DNA from: a bacterium | GTDB lineage: Bacteria > Auribacterota > Tritonobacteria > UBA1439 | Direction: 5' to 3' | Assembly: GCA_028716845.1 (NCBI GenBank) | Contig: JAQUPF010000013.1 | Span: forward strand, 890 to 64,889 | DNA: 64,000 nt | Shown: one piece after another, positions 15,659 to 25,556 of the stretch | Layout of the letters: every line of letters begins with the position of its first letter | Numbering within the stretch: the first letter of the stretch is position 1 | The notes under the pieces: generated by a model | The model's database searches: none | Told to the model about the DNA's origin: nothing | The model's input: only the letters and a program-made list of their open reading frames with translations | Position numbers and translations under genes: made by a program

Positions 15659-18177
15659 GGATCGCCGCCCTCCCGCTCCTCTGCCTCCTCCCGGGCCTCC
15701 TCCTCGTCCGGGCCCTGGACTCCCGCGGCCGGATGCCGGCCGGCCTCGGCGCCGCCGGGCGCCTCGCCGTCGCCGTCCTCGCGAGCGTGGCGGCGACCTC
15801 CTGGATCGGCCTGCTCCTCGCCCAGTGCGCCCTCTTCTCGCTCGGCGCGGTCGCCGCCGTTCTCCTCGCCGCCTGCCTTGCGCTCCTCCCCGCCGCCCGC
15901 CGCCCGCCGCCGCGGCCGGCCGCCCCGCTGTCGCGCGCCGCGGCCCTCGCCGCCGCCATCCTCCTCGCCGCCGCGGCCCTCCTCTTCTCGCCGCCGTACG
16001 AGTACGTCCTCGGCAACTGGGACCCGGGGACCTATGTGAACACGGGCGTCCGGCTCGCCCGCGAGGGGCGCATCAACTACCGCGACCCGGTCCTCGCCGA
16101 GATCCCGGCGGACGCGCGGCCGCTCTTCTACTACACCCATCTCATTCCCCAGCGCTACGAGGGCGGCGTCGCCGTCGCCGACGGCGACCGGGCGGTCGTC
16201 TCGCCCCACTTCTACCATCTCTTTACCGTCTGGATCGCCCTCATGGCCGCGATCGGCGGCGTCGGCCTCGCGCTCCGCGCGAACCTCCTCTTCGGCCTCC
16301 TCTCACTCGTCGCCGTCTACGCCGCCTGCCGGGAGGTCTGCGGCAGGCGCGCCGCCCTCGCCGCCGCCGTCTTCCTCGGCGCGAGCGCCGCCCAGATCTG
16401 GGCCGTCCGCTTCCCGACCGCCGAAATCCCCGCGCAGTTCTTCCTCCTCGCGGGCCTCGCCTGCCTCCTCCGCCACGAGGGGGAGGAGCACCCGCTCTGG
16501 GCCGCCCTCGCGGGCGTCTCGTTCGCCTGCGCGCTCCTGGCCGTCTTCACCGCCGTCACCGTCCTCCCGCTCCTCCTCCTCGTCCTCTTCTGGCGCAACT
16601 GGGAGCGGTGGCGGCGCGCCGACCGCTGGCTCGCCGTCCCCCTCGCCGCCGGCGTCGTCCACCTCGCCCTCCAGAACGCCACCGTCAGCCGGCACTATTT
16701 CGAGCGCCAGGTCGAGGTCCTCCGTTCCAACGGCATCACCCCCCTCCTCCTCGCCGCCGGCGCGGCCCTCTTCCTCGCGGCGCTCGTCGCGGCGCGGCTC
16801 TTCGGCAGGGGGCTGCGGGGACGCATCCGCTCCCTCGCCGCGCGTCCCGCCGCCCGCGCGGCCGCCTGCGCCGCCATCGCCGCCCTCTTCGCGTACGCCT
16901 ACTGGATCAGGCCGGCGGTCGCCGCCGGGCCGGACGCCCGGAACCTCCGCGAGCTCGGCTGGTTCGTGTACCCGGTCGCCCTCGGCCGCCTCTACGTCCC
17001 GCTCGGCCTCCTCCTCGCCCTCGCCGGAGCGGTCGGCGTGATCGCCCGGCCGTTGGACGAGCGGCGCGCGACGTTCCTCCTCATCGCCCTCGCCTCCGCC
17101 GCCGCCATCCTCCACCGGAAGATGGTCTTCCCCTCCTACTTCTGGGCGGTCCGGCGCGCGGTCCCGATCGTCCTCCCGTCGCTCTTCATCCTCATGTCGT
17201 GCGCCCTCGCGTCGCTCGCCGTCCCCCGCCGCGCGCGCTCCGCCGTCGCGGCGGGCCTTGCCCTCCTCATGCTCGGCTGCATGCTCGGCCGGTACGCCCC
17301 GCCGGTCATGCGGCCCGACTACGAAGGCACGACCGCCTTCATCGCCGCCCTCGCCGCGCGCCTCGACCCGGACGGCCTCCACATCGTCGAGGGGAGCGGG
17401 ATGGCCTCGCCGCTCGACAACATCCACGGCCTCGACGTCCTCCAGCTCTCCGGCCAGACGCCGGAGAAATGCCGCGGCGTCGAGCGCGTCGTCGGGGATC
17501 TCCTCGACCGCGGCCGGCGCGTCTACTACGTCTCGCGCGGCGGGCGGCCGCTCTCCGCCGTCCTCGACTTCGCCCCCCTCTTCGAGCTGCCGCTCTCGAC
17601 GGACTCCCTCGAGCACAGCGTCGGCCGGTACCCGTCGCGCCGCGTCCCCGTCCGCGTCACCGCGCGCGTCTTCCGCGTCGGGCGGCTCGATGCCGAGCCG
17701 GCGGACGCGGGCGGGGAGGGGACGATCGACATCGGGGAGGACGCCTTCGGCCTCCTCCGCGGCTTCCACCGGCCCGCGATGCGCTGGGAGCGGGAGGGAG
17801 GCCGGCGCGTCCGCCGCTGGGCGCGCTGGACCGCCCCCGACGCCGAGCTCCTCATCCCGTCCTTCGGCGGCCGGCGGGACCTCGCCGTGACGATCCGGGC
17901 CGCCGCCGGCAGGAACCGCCCCGGCCTCCCCGTCCCCGTCCGCGTCTCGGTCAATGGCCGGGAGGCGGCCCTCCTCCGGGTCGCCGGGGGGATGGCCGAC
18001 CACGAATTCACCGTCCCGGCCGCCTCGCTCGCCCCCGGCGCGCCGCGGGCGGCGCTCCGGATCGAGACCCCCGCCTGGAGCCCGCCCGGGGGGGAGCATC
18101 CGGAGGGCCTCGGCGTCTTCGTCGAGCGGCTCCTCGTCGCGCCGAAGGATGGGACGCCCGCCCCTCCGGGGATGTGA
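15643..18177 (+). CDS. GT-C-fold integral membrane glycosyltransferase-like protein, paralog B
   Basis: 844 aa. Same architecture and conserved blocks as paralog A (NWDPGTYV vs GWDSGEYV, RINYRDP vs RIVYRDE). Confidence 0.65.
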   Translation: MAHALRIAALPLLCLLPGLLLVRALDSRGRMPAGLGAAGRLAVAVLASVAATSWIGLLLAQCALFSLGAVAAVLLAACLALLPAARRPPPRPAAPLSRAAALAAAILLAAAALLFSPPYEYVLGNWDPGTYVNTGVRLAREGRINYRDPVLAEIPADARPLFYYTHLIPQRYEGGVAVADGDRAVVSPHFYHLFTVWIALMAAIGGVGLALRANLLFGLLSLVAVYAACREVCGRRAALAAAVFLGASAAQIWAVRFPTAEIPAQFFLLAGLACLLRHEGEEHPLWAALAGVSFACALLAVFTAVTVLPLLLLVLFWRNWERWRRADRWLAVPLAAGVVHLALQNATVSRHYFERQVEVLRSNGITPLLLAAGAALFLAALVAARLFGRGLRGRIRSLAARPAARAAACAAIAALFAYAYWIRPAVAAGPDARNLRELGWFVYPVALGRLYVPLGLLLALAGAVGVIARPLDERRATFLLIALASAAAILHRKMVFPSYFWAVRRAVPIVLPSLFILMSCALASLAVPRRARSAVAAGLALLMLGCMLGRYAPPVMRPDYEGTTAFIAALAARLDPDGLHIVEGSGMASPLDNIHGLDVLQLSGQTPEKCRGVERVVGDLLDRGRRVYYVSRGGRPLSAVLDFAPLFELPLSTDSLEHSVGRYPSRRVPVRVTARVFRVGRLDAEPADAGGEGTIDIGEDAFGLLRGFHRPAMRWEREGGRRVRRWARWTAPDAELLIPSFGGRRDLAVTIRAAAGRNRPGLPVPVRVSVNGREAALLRVAGGMADHEFTVPAASLAPGAPRAALRIETPAWSPPGGEHPEGLGVFVERLLVAPKDGTPAPPGM

Positions 18178-18209
18178 TACCATTGTCTTCCGGAAACGGA
18201 GGAGAACCC

Positions 18210-19184
18210 ATGAACCGCATCGGAAGGATCGCGGCGATCGCCGCCTGCGCTGCCCTCGCCCTCTCCGGCGCCTGCGCGCGCCGGACGGTGGCCGTCGAGT
18301 ACCGGCTCGAGAAGGGGGAGGAGCTCCGCTACTCGATGAAGACGAGGGGCGACGGCGTCACAAGGATGCCGGCGCTCACGGAGCGGCAGCAGGCGACCGA
18401 GGTGCCGTCGAAGATCGAGATGGACCTCGTCTGGCGGATGAAGGTCACCGACAGGGACGCCCGCGGCGTCGCCACGATCGAGGCCCTCTTCGAGACGTTC
18501 GCCCTCGAGATGGAGAGCGGCGGCATGCGGATCCGCGTCGAGGCCGACGAGTCGGGCGCCCGGCTCGTCCAGGGCGAGACCGTCATGCAGGACGCCCCGG
18601 GCCTCGAGGAACTGAAGGACGCCTTCCGGAACCCGTCGGTCGTGACGATGGACAAGCGCGGCCGCATCCTCTCCATCGACGCCCCCGGCGGGGCGGGGGC
18701 GCTCATGCCCCACACCGACCTGAACGCCTTCCTGAAGGAGAGCCAGTTCGTCATCCCGGAGGGGCCGATCGCCATCGGCCGTTCCTGGCGCGAGTCGCGC
18801 GACCTCCCGGTGGGCGAGGCGCTGAGGCTCCCCGAGGGGAAGGAGATCCGCCTCGACACGCGCTACACGCTCGCGGGGGTCGTCACGCGGGCCGGGCGGG
18901 AGTGGGCCGAGATCGCCGTCGACGGGAAGGCGGAGGCGAAGGCGCTCGAGGCGGAGCTCCCGCAGGCGGGCCGGATGAAGATCGTCTTCGACCGGCTCCT
19001 CCAGGCGGTCTCGGGGACGGTCTACTTCGACCTCGAGCGGGGCTGCGTCGCCGAGGCGGCGATGGAGACGAAGAGCGAGCAGGAGGTCACGCGGATCGTG
19101 CGGCGGCCCGGGAGCGACGAGGAGGTCCGCCTCCCGACCGTCGCCCGGATGACGATGGCCTCCGAGATCAAACTCCTCGAGTGA
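18210..19184 (+). CDS. Secreted/lipoprotein-like hypothetical protein
   Basis: 324 aa from MNRIGRIAAIAACAALALSGAC. GGAGGAG RBS. Confidence 0.6.
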   Translation: MNRIGRIAAIAACAALALSGACARRTVAVEYRLEKGEELRYSMKTRGDGVTRMPALTERQQATEVPSKIEMDLVWRMKVTDRDARGVATIEALFETFALEMESGGMRIRVEADESGARLVQGETVMQDAPGLEELKDAFRNPSVVTMDKRGRILSIDAPGGAGALMPHTDLNAFLKESQFVIPEGPIAIGRSWRESRDLPVGEALRLPEGKEIRLDTRYTLAGVVTRAGREWAEIAVDGKAEAKALEAELPQAGRMKIVFDRLLQAVSGTVYFDLERGCVAEAAMETKSEQEVTRIVRRPGSDEEVRLPTVARMTMASEIKLLE

Positions 19185-20143
19185 TGGAAGCCCTCACCGA
19201 CCTCACGCTGCCCGTCAGGGGGGAGTTCGACGGCGTCGAGCGGCTCGTCCACTCCGCCTTCTCCTCGGCCGCCGAGGCGCTCGGCGACCTCGAGCGCCGC
19301 GCCCTCCGGCACGGCGGGAAGCGGATCCGGCCGGCGGTGACGCTGCTCGCCGGGGCCGCGGCGGGCCCGCTCGGCGACGGCAACGTCCGGCTCGCCGCCG
19401 CCGCCGAGCTCATCCACACGGCGACGCTCGCCCACGACGACGTCATCGACGGCGCCGCCCTCCGACGGGGCCGCGCGACGCTCAACGCCTCCTGGGGCGA
19501 CCACGTCGCCGTCCTCTTCGGCGACTACCTCCTCGCCCGGGCGTTCGAGATCCTCTGCGGCGTCGGGGACGACGAGGTCCTCCCCGCCGTCGTCGGGATG
19601 ACGCGCCGCGTGTGCGAGGGGGAGATCCGGCAGACCCGCCGCCGCTTCGACATCTCCATGACGGAGGGGGAGTACCTCGAGATCGTTTCGATGAAGACCG
19701 CCTCCCTCTTCTCGACCTGCTGCGCCCTGAGCGCGGCCCTCGCCGGCGCCTCCGCCGCCGCGGCGGCGTCGGCCGGGCGCTTCGGCGAGCGCTTCGGCGT
19801 CGCCTTCCAGATCGCGGACGACTGCCTCGACGTCAACGGCGCCGAGACGGGCAAGGACCGGTACAAGGACATCGAGGCGGGCAACGTCACCCTCCCCATT
19901 ATCAAGGCCCTCGCGCTCCTCGACGGCGCCGACCGCGAGGCGTTCGCCGTCGCCTTCCGCGGCTCCGACGTCAGGCGCTGCCGCGCCGCGATCCTCGCGA
20001 GCGGGGCGCTCGCCGAGTGCGCGACGGACGCCGCCCGGATCATGGACGAGGCGCTCGCCGAGCTCTCCGCCCTCCCCGATTCCGCCGCCCGACGGTCGCT
20101 CGCGGAGATCGCCTCGATCGTCCTCCGCTCCACGGCCCCCTGA
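19184..20143 (+). CDS. Polyprenyl diphosphate synthase (trans-isoprenyl diphosphate synthase family)
   Basis: Both aspartate-rich motifs are present: AHDDVID and ADDCLD. TGATG overlap with the upstream gene. Confidence 0.85.
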   Translation: MEALTDLTLPVRGEFDGVERLVHSAFSSAAEALGDLERRALRHGGKRIRPAVTLLAGAAAGPLGDGNVRLAAAAELIHTATLAHDDVIDGAALRRGRATLNASWGDHVAVLFGDYLLARAFEILCGVGDDEVLPAVVGMTRRVCEGEIRQTRRRFDISMTEGEYLEIVSMKTASLFSTCCALSAALAGASAAAAASAGRFGERFGVAFQIADDCLDVNGAETGKDRYKDIEAGNVTLPIIKALALLDGADREAFAVAFRGSDVRRCRAAILASGALAECATDAARIMDEALAELSALPDSAARRSLAEIASIVLRSTAP

Positions 20144-20146
20144 CGC

Positions 20147-20188
20147 ATGGGGTCAGATCTTCACTATTAACTAAGGCCGGACCGCCCC
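20147..20188. repeat. Copy 2 of the 41-nt ATGGGGTCAGAYCTTCACTATTAACYAAGGC element
   Basis: Starts 4 nt after the polyprenyl synthase stop. See copy 1 at 6989. Confidence 0.7.
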
Positions 20189-20378
20189 ATCGTTTCCCGC
20201 CGACCGGGCAGCAAGATACGGGCTGCGAACGGCGCCCTACCGCTCTGTAATCCGCATCGCCGCGTGGTCACGTCTCCATTCCCACTCGCTACTCGGCACT
20301 CGCCACTCCCCTGCATTTCCCCCTTTACACGGACAGGCCGGCCGTGTATAATAGTTCAGACAATTGGATCTGCACTAC

Positions 20379-20455
20379 TGCGGGGTGGAGCAGCCAGGAA
20401 GCTCGTCAGGCTCATAACCTGAAGGTCGCAGGTTCAAATCCTGCCCCCGCTACCA
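20379..20455 (+). tRNA. tRNA-Met (anticodon CAU), initiator-like
   Basis: 77 nt ending in CCA. Near-identical in backbone to E. coli tRNA-fMet (GCGGGGTGGAGCAGCC...CTCATAA...GGTTCAAATCC...CCCCCGC). 1:72 mismatch and A11:U24. The anticodon stem has two, not three, G:C pairs. Coordinates +/-2. Confidence 0.85.
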
Positions 20456-20459
20456 ATAT

Positions 20460-20492
20460 GGCCTTGGGCTCCAGCCCAAGGCCATTCATTTT
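20460..20492 (+). terminator. Hairpin GGCCTTGGG-CTCCAG-CCCAAGGCC followed by a T-rich tract, directly after the tRNA
   Basis: 9-bp GC-rich stem followed by ATTCATTTTC. Confidence 0.5.
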
Positions 20493-20493
20493 C

Positions 20494-20778
20494 ATGACGC
20501 CTGGCGCTTACTATGTCTATGTCCTTTGGTCTGAATCCAGCGCGCGATTCTACATCGGTGTCACGGACAATGTTGTCCACCGTGTGGCCCAGCACAATGA
20601 AGGATTGTCGAAATGGACCCGTGACAGGGGTCCTTGGGAATTGGTATGGCAGCGGTTCTTCCCGACCCTTTCAGCGGCACGGCGTTTCGAGAATCTCCTG
20701 AAGCGGCAGAAGGGAGGAAATGCATTCTTTGAATATACCGCGTTGAACAAGCGCAAGTTCAGGTTGGCAGGCTCATAA
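20494..20778 (+). CDS. Small GIY-YIG nuclease family protein (COG2827-like, about 94 aa)
   Basis: YYVYVLWSESSARFYIGVTDNVVHRVAQHNEG...WELVW...FENLLKRQK matches the GIY-YIG / URI-domain mini-endonuclease family. The stop codon TAA lies inside the duplicated CTCATAA anticodon-loop sequence. Confidence 0.75.
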   Translation: MTPGAYYVYVLWSESSARFYIGVTDNVVHRVAQHNEGLSKWTRDRGPWELVWQRFFPTLSAARRFENLLKRQKGGNAFFEYTALNKRKFRLAGS

Positions 20779-20828
20779 TCCCGCTGAGCGGGATCGCAGG
20801 TTCAAATCCTGCCCCCGCTACCAATATG

Positions 20829-20863
20829 AAAGGCCGGAACACCCGTTCCGGCCTTTATTTTCA
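20829..20863 (+). terminator. Rho-independent terminator AAAGGCCGGAAC-ACC-CGTTCCGGCCTTT followed by ATTTTC
   Basis: 12-bp stem plus U-tract immediately after the partial tRNA copy. Confidence 0.6.
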
Positions 20864-20992
20864 GGCATTTCCCTTATATTGACACATTCACCCTCTTTTC
20901 CTGAAACACCCCGAACATCCTGAAAAACCCCAACCTCTACTATTTGCTACGAATATACGGTCACGCGCGCGAGGAGAGATGTCATCGGTCGG

Positions 20993-21265
20993 TCAAAACC
21001 AGCCACGGAGGGAACGGATTATCCAGCCACTTTGAAAGAGGGGTAAGCCCTGTAGAATCCCCGCCCAGAAAGGGCGGGTACTACAAATGGCATGGTGGAA
21101 ATCTTCGCGGCCGGGCTGGAAATAGTGCCTGAGGACGATCTCCGTGGTCTTGTGGCCGGTGACCTTCTGGACGAGCTCCGTGGGGACGTCGGCCGTTGCT
21201 GACGAGACTCGGAAAATGGCTGATACGATCTCGAAGGGGATACCACCTTTCACCCTCAGCTGCAA
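20993..21265 (-). pseudogene. Truncated tyrosine recombinase (phage-type integrase) C-terminal fragment
   Basis: The minus-strand translation ...SATADVPTELVQKVTGHKTTEIVLRHYFQ matches the integrase box II region (G-VP-E-VQ-LLGH---TT--Y-H). No upstream catalytic-domain ORF. Lower-GC surroundings. Confidence 0.5.
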
Positions 21266-21603
21266 CTCTTGTTCTTTTTAAGCGGTAGGGAAAAGTCGGG
21301 ATTGTCCTGCAATATTATCTCTTTACAATTCCGGAATATCGGCTTTACAATACCACAGAGAGCAGGAGTTCACTTCCCAACGCTAGGTCGCCGGCGCTGG
21401 CGTGACGCGGAGGGGGCGTCCTCCATGAACGAGAGCGGGCGCTCTGTGTTGATGCGGTCGAGGGCCGACCCCGAGCACAGCAGGCCAAGGGCCCGCTACC
21501 CGGTCATTCCATTTTCCCCTGTAGTCATCTCGTCTTTCTCCGCAAGTTGCACTGATTCCACCACCATCCTCATTGAGTACCATGCCGCGCATTTGGAGGC
21601 GTC

Positions 21604-24600
21604 ATGAAAACCATCATTGCGGCTGTCTTACTCCTTGCGTGCCTGCTCGGCCCTCCGCACGGCATAACTTACGCGCAGCCGACCGCCACGCCGACGCCGG
21701 TGGAGCGGGTGGTCGAATTCGGCGGCCGGTCGATAGGGATGATTTCGACGTCCGACGGCCGCTACCTTTACGTGAGCGACAAGAAAAACGCCCGCGTGTC
21801 GCGCTTCACCCTAGCGACTCTCTATCGCGTTGACATCACGGTCCCCGGTTCACCCGGCAGGCTCGCCCTGAGCCCCGACGAGAAAAAACTCTACATCGCA
21901 CAGAGCGAGGCCTCGTCCCTCGCCGTGCTGGACACGCTGACACATGAACTCAAGTACTGGGACCTTGATGGCAATGTCCCGAAGGATGTCGAGGTGACGG
22001 ATAACCGGGTGTACATCGCGGCAAACACCAACCCCTTCGCCGCGCTCGTGATACTCGATGCTTCGGACGGGTCGGTAATCACCGTGTATGGAGAAACGGA
22101 CTGGCCCTACGGGACAGCGCTCTTGGAGCTTGATCGGGTTCAATCTAAGCTATACGCAGCGAACATGGGAATAGGTCCCGCCACGCTTAGCCGGTGGGAC
22201 GTATCTTCAGACACGCCAATACGCGAGACATACAGCCGTGATCTGGGGTCGAATGGACAAAACCTGACGCTAAGCCCCGACAGCATCCATCTCCTTTTCA
22301 TAACTGCGGGCAGCAGCAGTGTTCTCAATCTCCTTGCCTTATCAGAACAATTCGCCGAGCACGAAGGGCAATTCGACATAGGAACATATCCCCGCGACAT
22401 GGTCTTGAGTCCTGACGCCTTGACCGCATTCGGCATATCTGGAAGTTCGTCCGACAAGGAAATGAAGATCTTTGATACGACAAACAGGGAGAGGATAGGG
22501 ACCGTGATGCCGTCTTACGCTCATTATGAAGAGCGGCCCCAGAAACTTTGCATGAGCGGTGACGGAGCGTATCTCGCGCTGTATGCTGAGCGGGACAATT
22601 CAGACGGCAATCTCTATATCTTTACCTTCAGCCCCCCTGCCCCTACACCATCGCCGACCCCGACATGGCCGCCTGGTGAGCCCACCCCTACACCAACTGT
22701 GACGCCTGCCTCGACGCCAACTGTCACGCCGACCCCGACGCCGATTGAACAGGTCGTACCATTGGGTGGCCGGTCGATCGGGATGATCTCCACGTCCGAC
22801 GGGCGTTTCCTCTATGTGAGCGACAAGAACAATGATCGCGTGTCGCGCTTCGAATTTGAGACCCTGGATCGCGTTGACATCACTATTGAAGGCGCACCTG
22901 CCGGAGTAGCGCTGAGCCCCGATGAAAGGAAACTCTACATCGCACAAAGCGAGGCCTCGTCCCTCGCCGTGCTTGACACGTTGACGCATGAAATAGAGTA
23001 CTGGGACCTTGAAGGCAACGTCCCGAAGAACATCGAAGCGTCCGATGACCGGGTGTACATCGCGGCAAACACCAGTCATGACGCCGCGCTCGTGATACTG
23101 GATGCTTCGGACGGGTCGGTAATCACCGTGCATCAAACGGATTGGGACAGCAACACCGGACTCATCGAGCTAGACCGCGACCGCGCGACATTATATGCGG
23201 GAGTTATTGGCTCGAGCCCAAGCGCGCTCAGCCGGTGGAACATGTCAACCGATACTCCCAGTCGCGAGACATATAGCCGTAATCTGGGATCGAATGGGCA
23301 GAACCTGACGCTCAGCCCCGACGGCCTTCACCTCCTCTTCATGGTCGGGGGTGGTAATAGCGGCTATATAGTGTTCTATCTCAAAGCCCGATCCGACGGG
23401 TTTCTGTCCCGCGACGGTGCCTTTGATATCGGGATATATCCCCGCGACATGGTGTTCAGTCCCGACGGCTTGATCGCATTCGGCATAAGTGGAAGTTCAT
23501 CGGACAGGAGCATAAAGATATGTGATGCGACAACCCAGGTGATATTGGGAACACTGATGCCCTCCTATATGCATTCATATGAGGAACAGAGAATACTCTG
23601 TATGAGCGGCGATGGATCGTATCTTGTGCTATATGCAGAGCGTTTGGACTCCGATGACGACGGCCACTTATACTTTTTCTCATATCCCATTCCACTGCCG
23701 ACGCCCACGCCGGCCCCTTGCACCGAACCTCTCAGGCTTGCCGATGTGGAAAACATGGTAATTCCGGTAACTCGATCAGAACATCAAGAAGGATTTTACT
23801 ATGTCTTGGCATGCGCCGAGGACGTGGAGGGAAGGCAGTACGGGTTCATCCATGACAACCTCAACGACTTCGCGGACGGGGATGACTGGCCCCTGCAGCC
23901 CGTTGCGGTGTACGTCGGTGCGGATAATGACGATATACGGGTGGAGGAGGGTGACGTCATCGAGGTGACGTACGACAGCGGCTCCTTCATGCGAATCTAC
24001 TTCCCCGGTCTTGTTGGGGAAGAGGACAAGATCTTTTATGTGGGCGCGGACGGATCGACATACTGGGACCGGAAGTTGTGCAACGTCGCCTATGCCGCCC
24101 CGACCCCGACCCCGACGCCGACGCCCACGTTCACACCCACGCAGACACCGACAGCAACGCCGACAGAGACACCCACCTTCACGCCAACACCGACCGACAC
24201 CCCAACCCCGACGCCGACCGACACGCCCACGCCGACGCCGACCGACACGCCCACGCCGACGCCGACCGACACGCCCACGCCGACCAGCACTCCGACGCCC
24301 ACGCCGACCAATACGCCGACACCGACTCCGGGCTTTGCAGAGGGTGTTGAAATCGATCTGAACGGAGCGTCATTCGGGGAGGGGGACCCGATCCTGCTGC
24401 GGGCAAAGGTGACGATCCCAATATGGACGCGGTTCGATGCCTATTTGCTCGCCGACACGCCGATGGGGATCTTCACCCTTCTGCTCGATGGGCGCACCGT
24501 GGGCGGGATCCATCCGATCGCGAGGAATGTCCCGAGGATCGACGCCCCATTCGAGGCGACGGTGCTGAACATGCTGCCGTGCCCGGCGGGAATGGGCGGG

Positions 24601-24729
24601 ACGACCTGGTTCTACCTCGTTATCGTGGAGGCGGGCAGGATGCCTCCCGTGAGCAAGCCCTCGGACCTGAGCCTCGAGACGGAAAACGTCATCGCCATGG
24701 CCGCGAGGATGATGACCGTCGTGCCGTAG
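21604..24729 (+). CDS. Large secreted protein (1041 aa): two tandem ~330-aa YVTN-type beta-propeller repeat modules separated by Pro-Thr linkers, plus a C-terminal domain
   Basis: Signal peptide [24 protein letters not shown]. Module 1 (aa about 30-330) and module 2 (aa about 380-690) are about 60-70% identical ([14 protein letters not shown][YF]LYVSDK...[21 protein letters not shown]). TPTPTPT linkers. Noticeably lower GC than flanking genes. Confidence 0.8.
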   Translation: MKTIIAAVLLLACLLGPPHGITYAQPTATPTPVERVVEFGGRSIGMISTSDGRYLYVSDKKNARVSRFTLATLYRVDITVPGSPGRLALSPDEKKLYIAQSEASSLAVLDTLTHELKYWDLDGNVPKDVEVTDNRVYIAANTNPFAALVILDASDGSVITVYGETDWPYGTALLELDRVQSKLYAANMGIGPATLSRWDVSSDTPIRETYSRDLGSNGQNLTLSPDSIHLLFITAGSSSVLNLLALSEQFAEHEGQFDIGTYPRDMVLSPDALTAFGISGSSSDKEMKIFDTTNRERIGTVMPSYAHYEERPQKLCMSGDGAYLALYAERDNSDGNLYIFTFSPPAPTPSPTPTWPPGEPTPTPTVTPASTPTVTPTPTPIEQVVPLGGRSIGMISTSDGRFLYVSDKNNDRVSRFEFETLDRVDITIEGAPAGVALSPDERKLYIAQSEASSLAVLDTLTHEIEYWDLEGNVPKNIEASDDRVYIAANTSHDAALVILDASDGSVITVHQTDWDSNTGLIELDRDRATLYAGVIGSSPSALSRWNMSTDTPSRETYSRNLGSNGQNLTLSPDGLHLLFMVGGGNSGYIVFYLKARSDGFLSRDGAFDIGIYPRDMVFSPDGLIAFGISGSSSDRSIKICDATTQVILGTLMPSYMHSYEEQRILCMSGDGSYLVLYAERLDSDDDGHLYFFSYPIPLPTPTPAPCTEPLRLADVENMVIPVTRSEHQEGFYYVLACAEDVEGRQYGFIHDNLNDFADGDDWPLQPVAVYVGADNDDIRVEEGDVIEVTYDSGSFMRIYFPGLVGEEDKIFYVGADGSTYWDRKLCNVAYAAPTPTPTPTPTFTPTQTPTATPTETPTFTPTPTDTPTPTPTDTPTPTPTDTPTPTPTDTPTPTSTPTPTPTNTPTPTPGFAEGVEIDLNGASFGEGDPILLRAKVTIPIWTRFDAYLLADTPMGIFTLLLDGRTVGGIHPIARNVPRIDAPFEATVLNMLPCPAGMGGTTWFYLVIVEAGRMPPVSKPSDLSLETENVIAMAARMMTVVP
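24190..24283 (+). repeat. 24-bp tandem repeat x4 (CCGACCGACACGCCCACGCCGACG) encoding (PTDTPTPT)n inside the beta-propeller gene
   Basis: Seen directly. VNTR-like, in frame. Confidence 0.8.
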
Positions 24730-24798
24730 CACATCTCAAGAGAGATGGTTCGGAAAACCACGCGCCTCAGAAGCCGCGTTACATAACGATGATGGCAG

Positions 24799-25245
24799 AT
24801 GAATTCTCAACACGGAGTTGCGACTACGATTCTCTTTCTTCCTCTTGTTCTGTTCCCATCTTATGGATTTTCAGATCAGGCCAGAAGACATCTCAGCCCT
24901 GAGAAGGCTCTGATCGGGCATTGGATATGCACCAAGCTTGATGCGGATATAGAAGATCATGAAGTTGTTGAGGAGCTCCATTATTACTTTTCGGATAGCT
25001 TGGCAACCAGAATGGTATATTTTGGGGGGAGTGCAGCTCAAGAGAGAGAGGCGCCAAACATCGTTACCGTCGGAGGGAATTATCGGATTAGCGGAAAAGG
25101 AGACGATTGGCTCAAGTTAAAGATAAGAAGGCTGGGCATAAAAGAAATTATCTTTTCGCAGGATAGGAACACTTTCCAGATGAAGTCAGTGGGGACAGAT
25201 TTCGGAGAAGAATTTCAGTTTGTTGATAATGGACATGATCCATGA
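24799..25245 (+). CDS. Hypothetical secreted protein in AT-rich (about 40% GC) segment
   Basis: 148 aa, N-terminal signal-like MNSQHGVATTILFLPLVLFPSYGFS. Strong compositional outlier relative to the rest of the window. Confidence 0.5.
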   Translation: MNSQHGVATTILFLPLVLFPSYGFSDQARRHLSPEKALIGHWICTKLDADIEDHEVVEELHYYFSDSLATRMVYFGGSAAQEREAPNIVTVGGNYRISGKGDDWLKLKIRRLGIKEIIFSQDRNTFQMKSVGTDFGEEFQFVDNGHDP

Positions 25246-25439
25246 TGATAAGTTTCCCTTCCCTGACTAGAAAGACATCGTGGCCATCGAGTTAGCTGGC
25301 GGCCAACAATATAGATGCGGATTTCCTCGGGGAATCACTCCCTAGCTACTACTCACGCTACCTTTCTGGCCAATCAGACTCAGTGTCTAAGGTGGTCACT
25401 GAATCTCATCGCAATGTTTTAAATCCAGTCCACGACAGC

Positions 25440-25484
25440 CCGTGATGATCCGTGCAAATCCGTGGTGGATTGGTTCTTCTTCCT
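25440..25484. repeat. Dispersed intergenic repeat, canonical copy CCGTGATGATCCGTGCAAATCCGTGGTGGATTGGTTCTTCTTCC
   Basis: 10-bp-phased CCGYG units ending in GGATTGGTTCTTC. Confidence 0.8.
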
Positions 25485-25556
25485 TCAGCTTTGGGCCGTA
25501 TTTGCTCGACAGCCGCGCCCCCCTGGGCTATAACGGGCGCGGTCGGGGATGGATAG

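Larger units (their letters stand above)
20456..20823 (+). mobile_element. Mini-insertion at the tRNA-Met 3' end: GIY-YIG gene flanked by the intact tRNA and a 56-nt duplicate of its 3' portion
   Basis: 20768-20823 repeats CAGGCTCATAA...GCAGGTTCAAATCCTGCCCCCGCTACCAATATG, identical over about 36 nt to tRNA positions. Both copies are followed by ACCAATATG plus a terminator hairpin. Confidence 0.55.

Noticed and set aside
20456-20767. Group I intron in the tRNA-Met anticodon loop
   Set aside because: A complete, uninterrupted tRNA with its own CCA precedes the insert. The duplicated segment is the 3' portion only. The ~310-bp insert is almost entirely ORF, without recognisable P/Q/R/S intron core elements.
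20344-20778. 144-aa ORF spanning the tRNA-Met and running into the GIY-YIG gene
   Set aside because: The first ~50 codons are the tRNA-Met and its terminator read as protein. The genuine CDS starts at the internal ATG at 20494 (MTPGAYYVYVLW).
21269-21607. 112-aa plus-strand ORF in the island left border
   Set aside because: No RBS, no family motif, odd composition. The region is better explained as decayed integrase / element remnant DNA upstream of the secreted-protein gene promoter.
24090-24421. Minus-strand ORFs [14 protein letters not shown]... and plus-frame [15 protein letters not shown]... repeats (also 32404..32601-)
   Set aside because: These are antisense or alternate-frame readings of the in-frame PT-linker coding repeats of the secreted protein genes.
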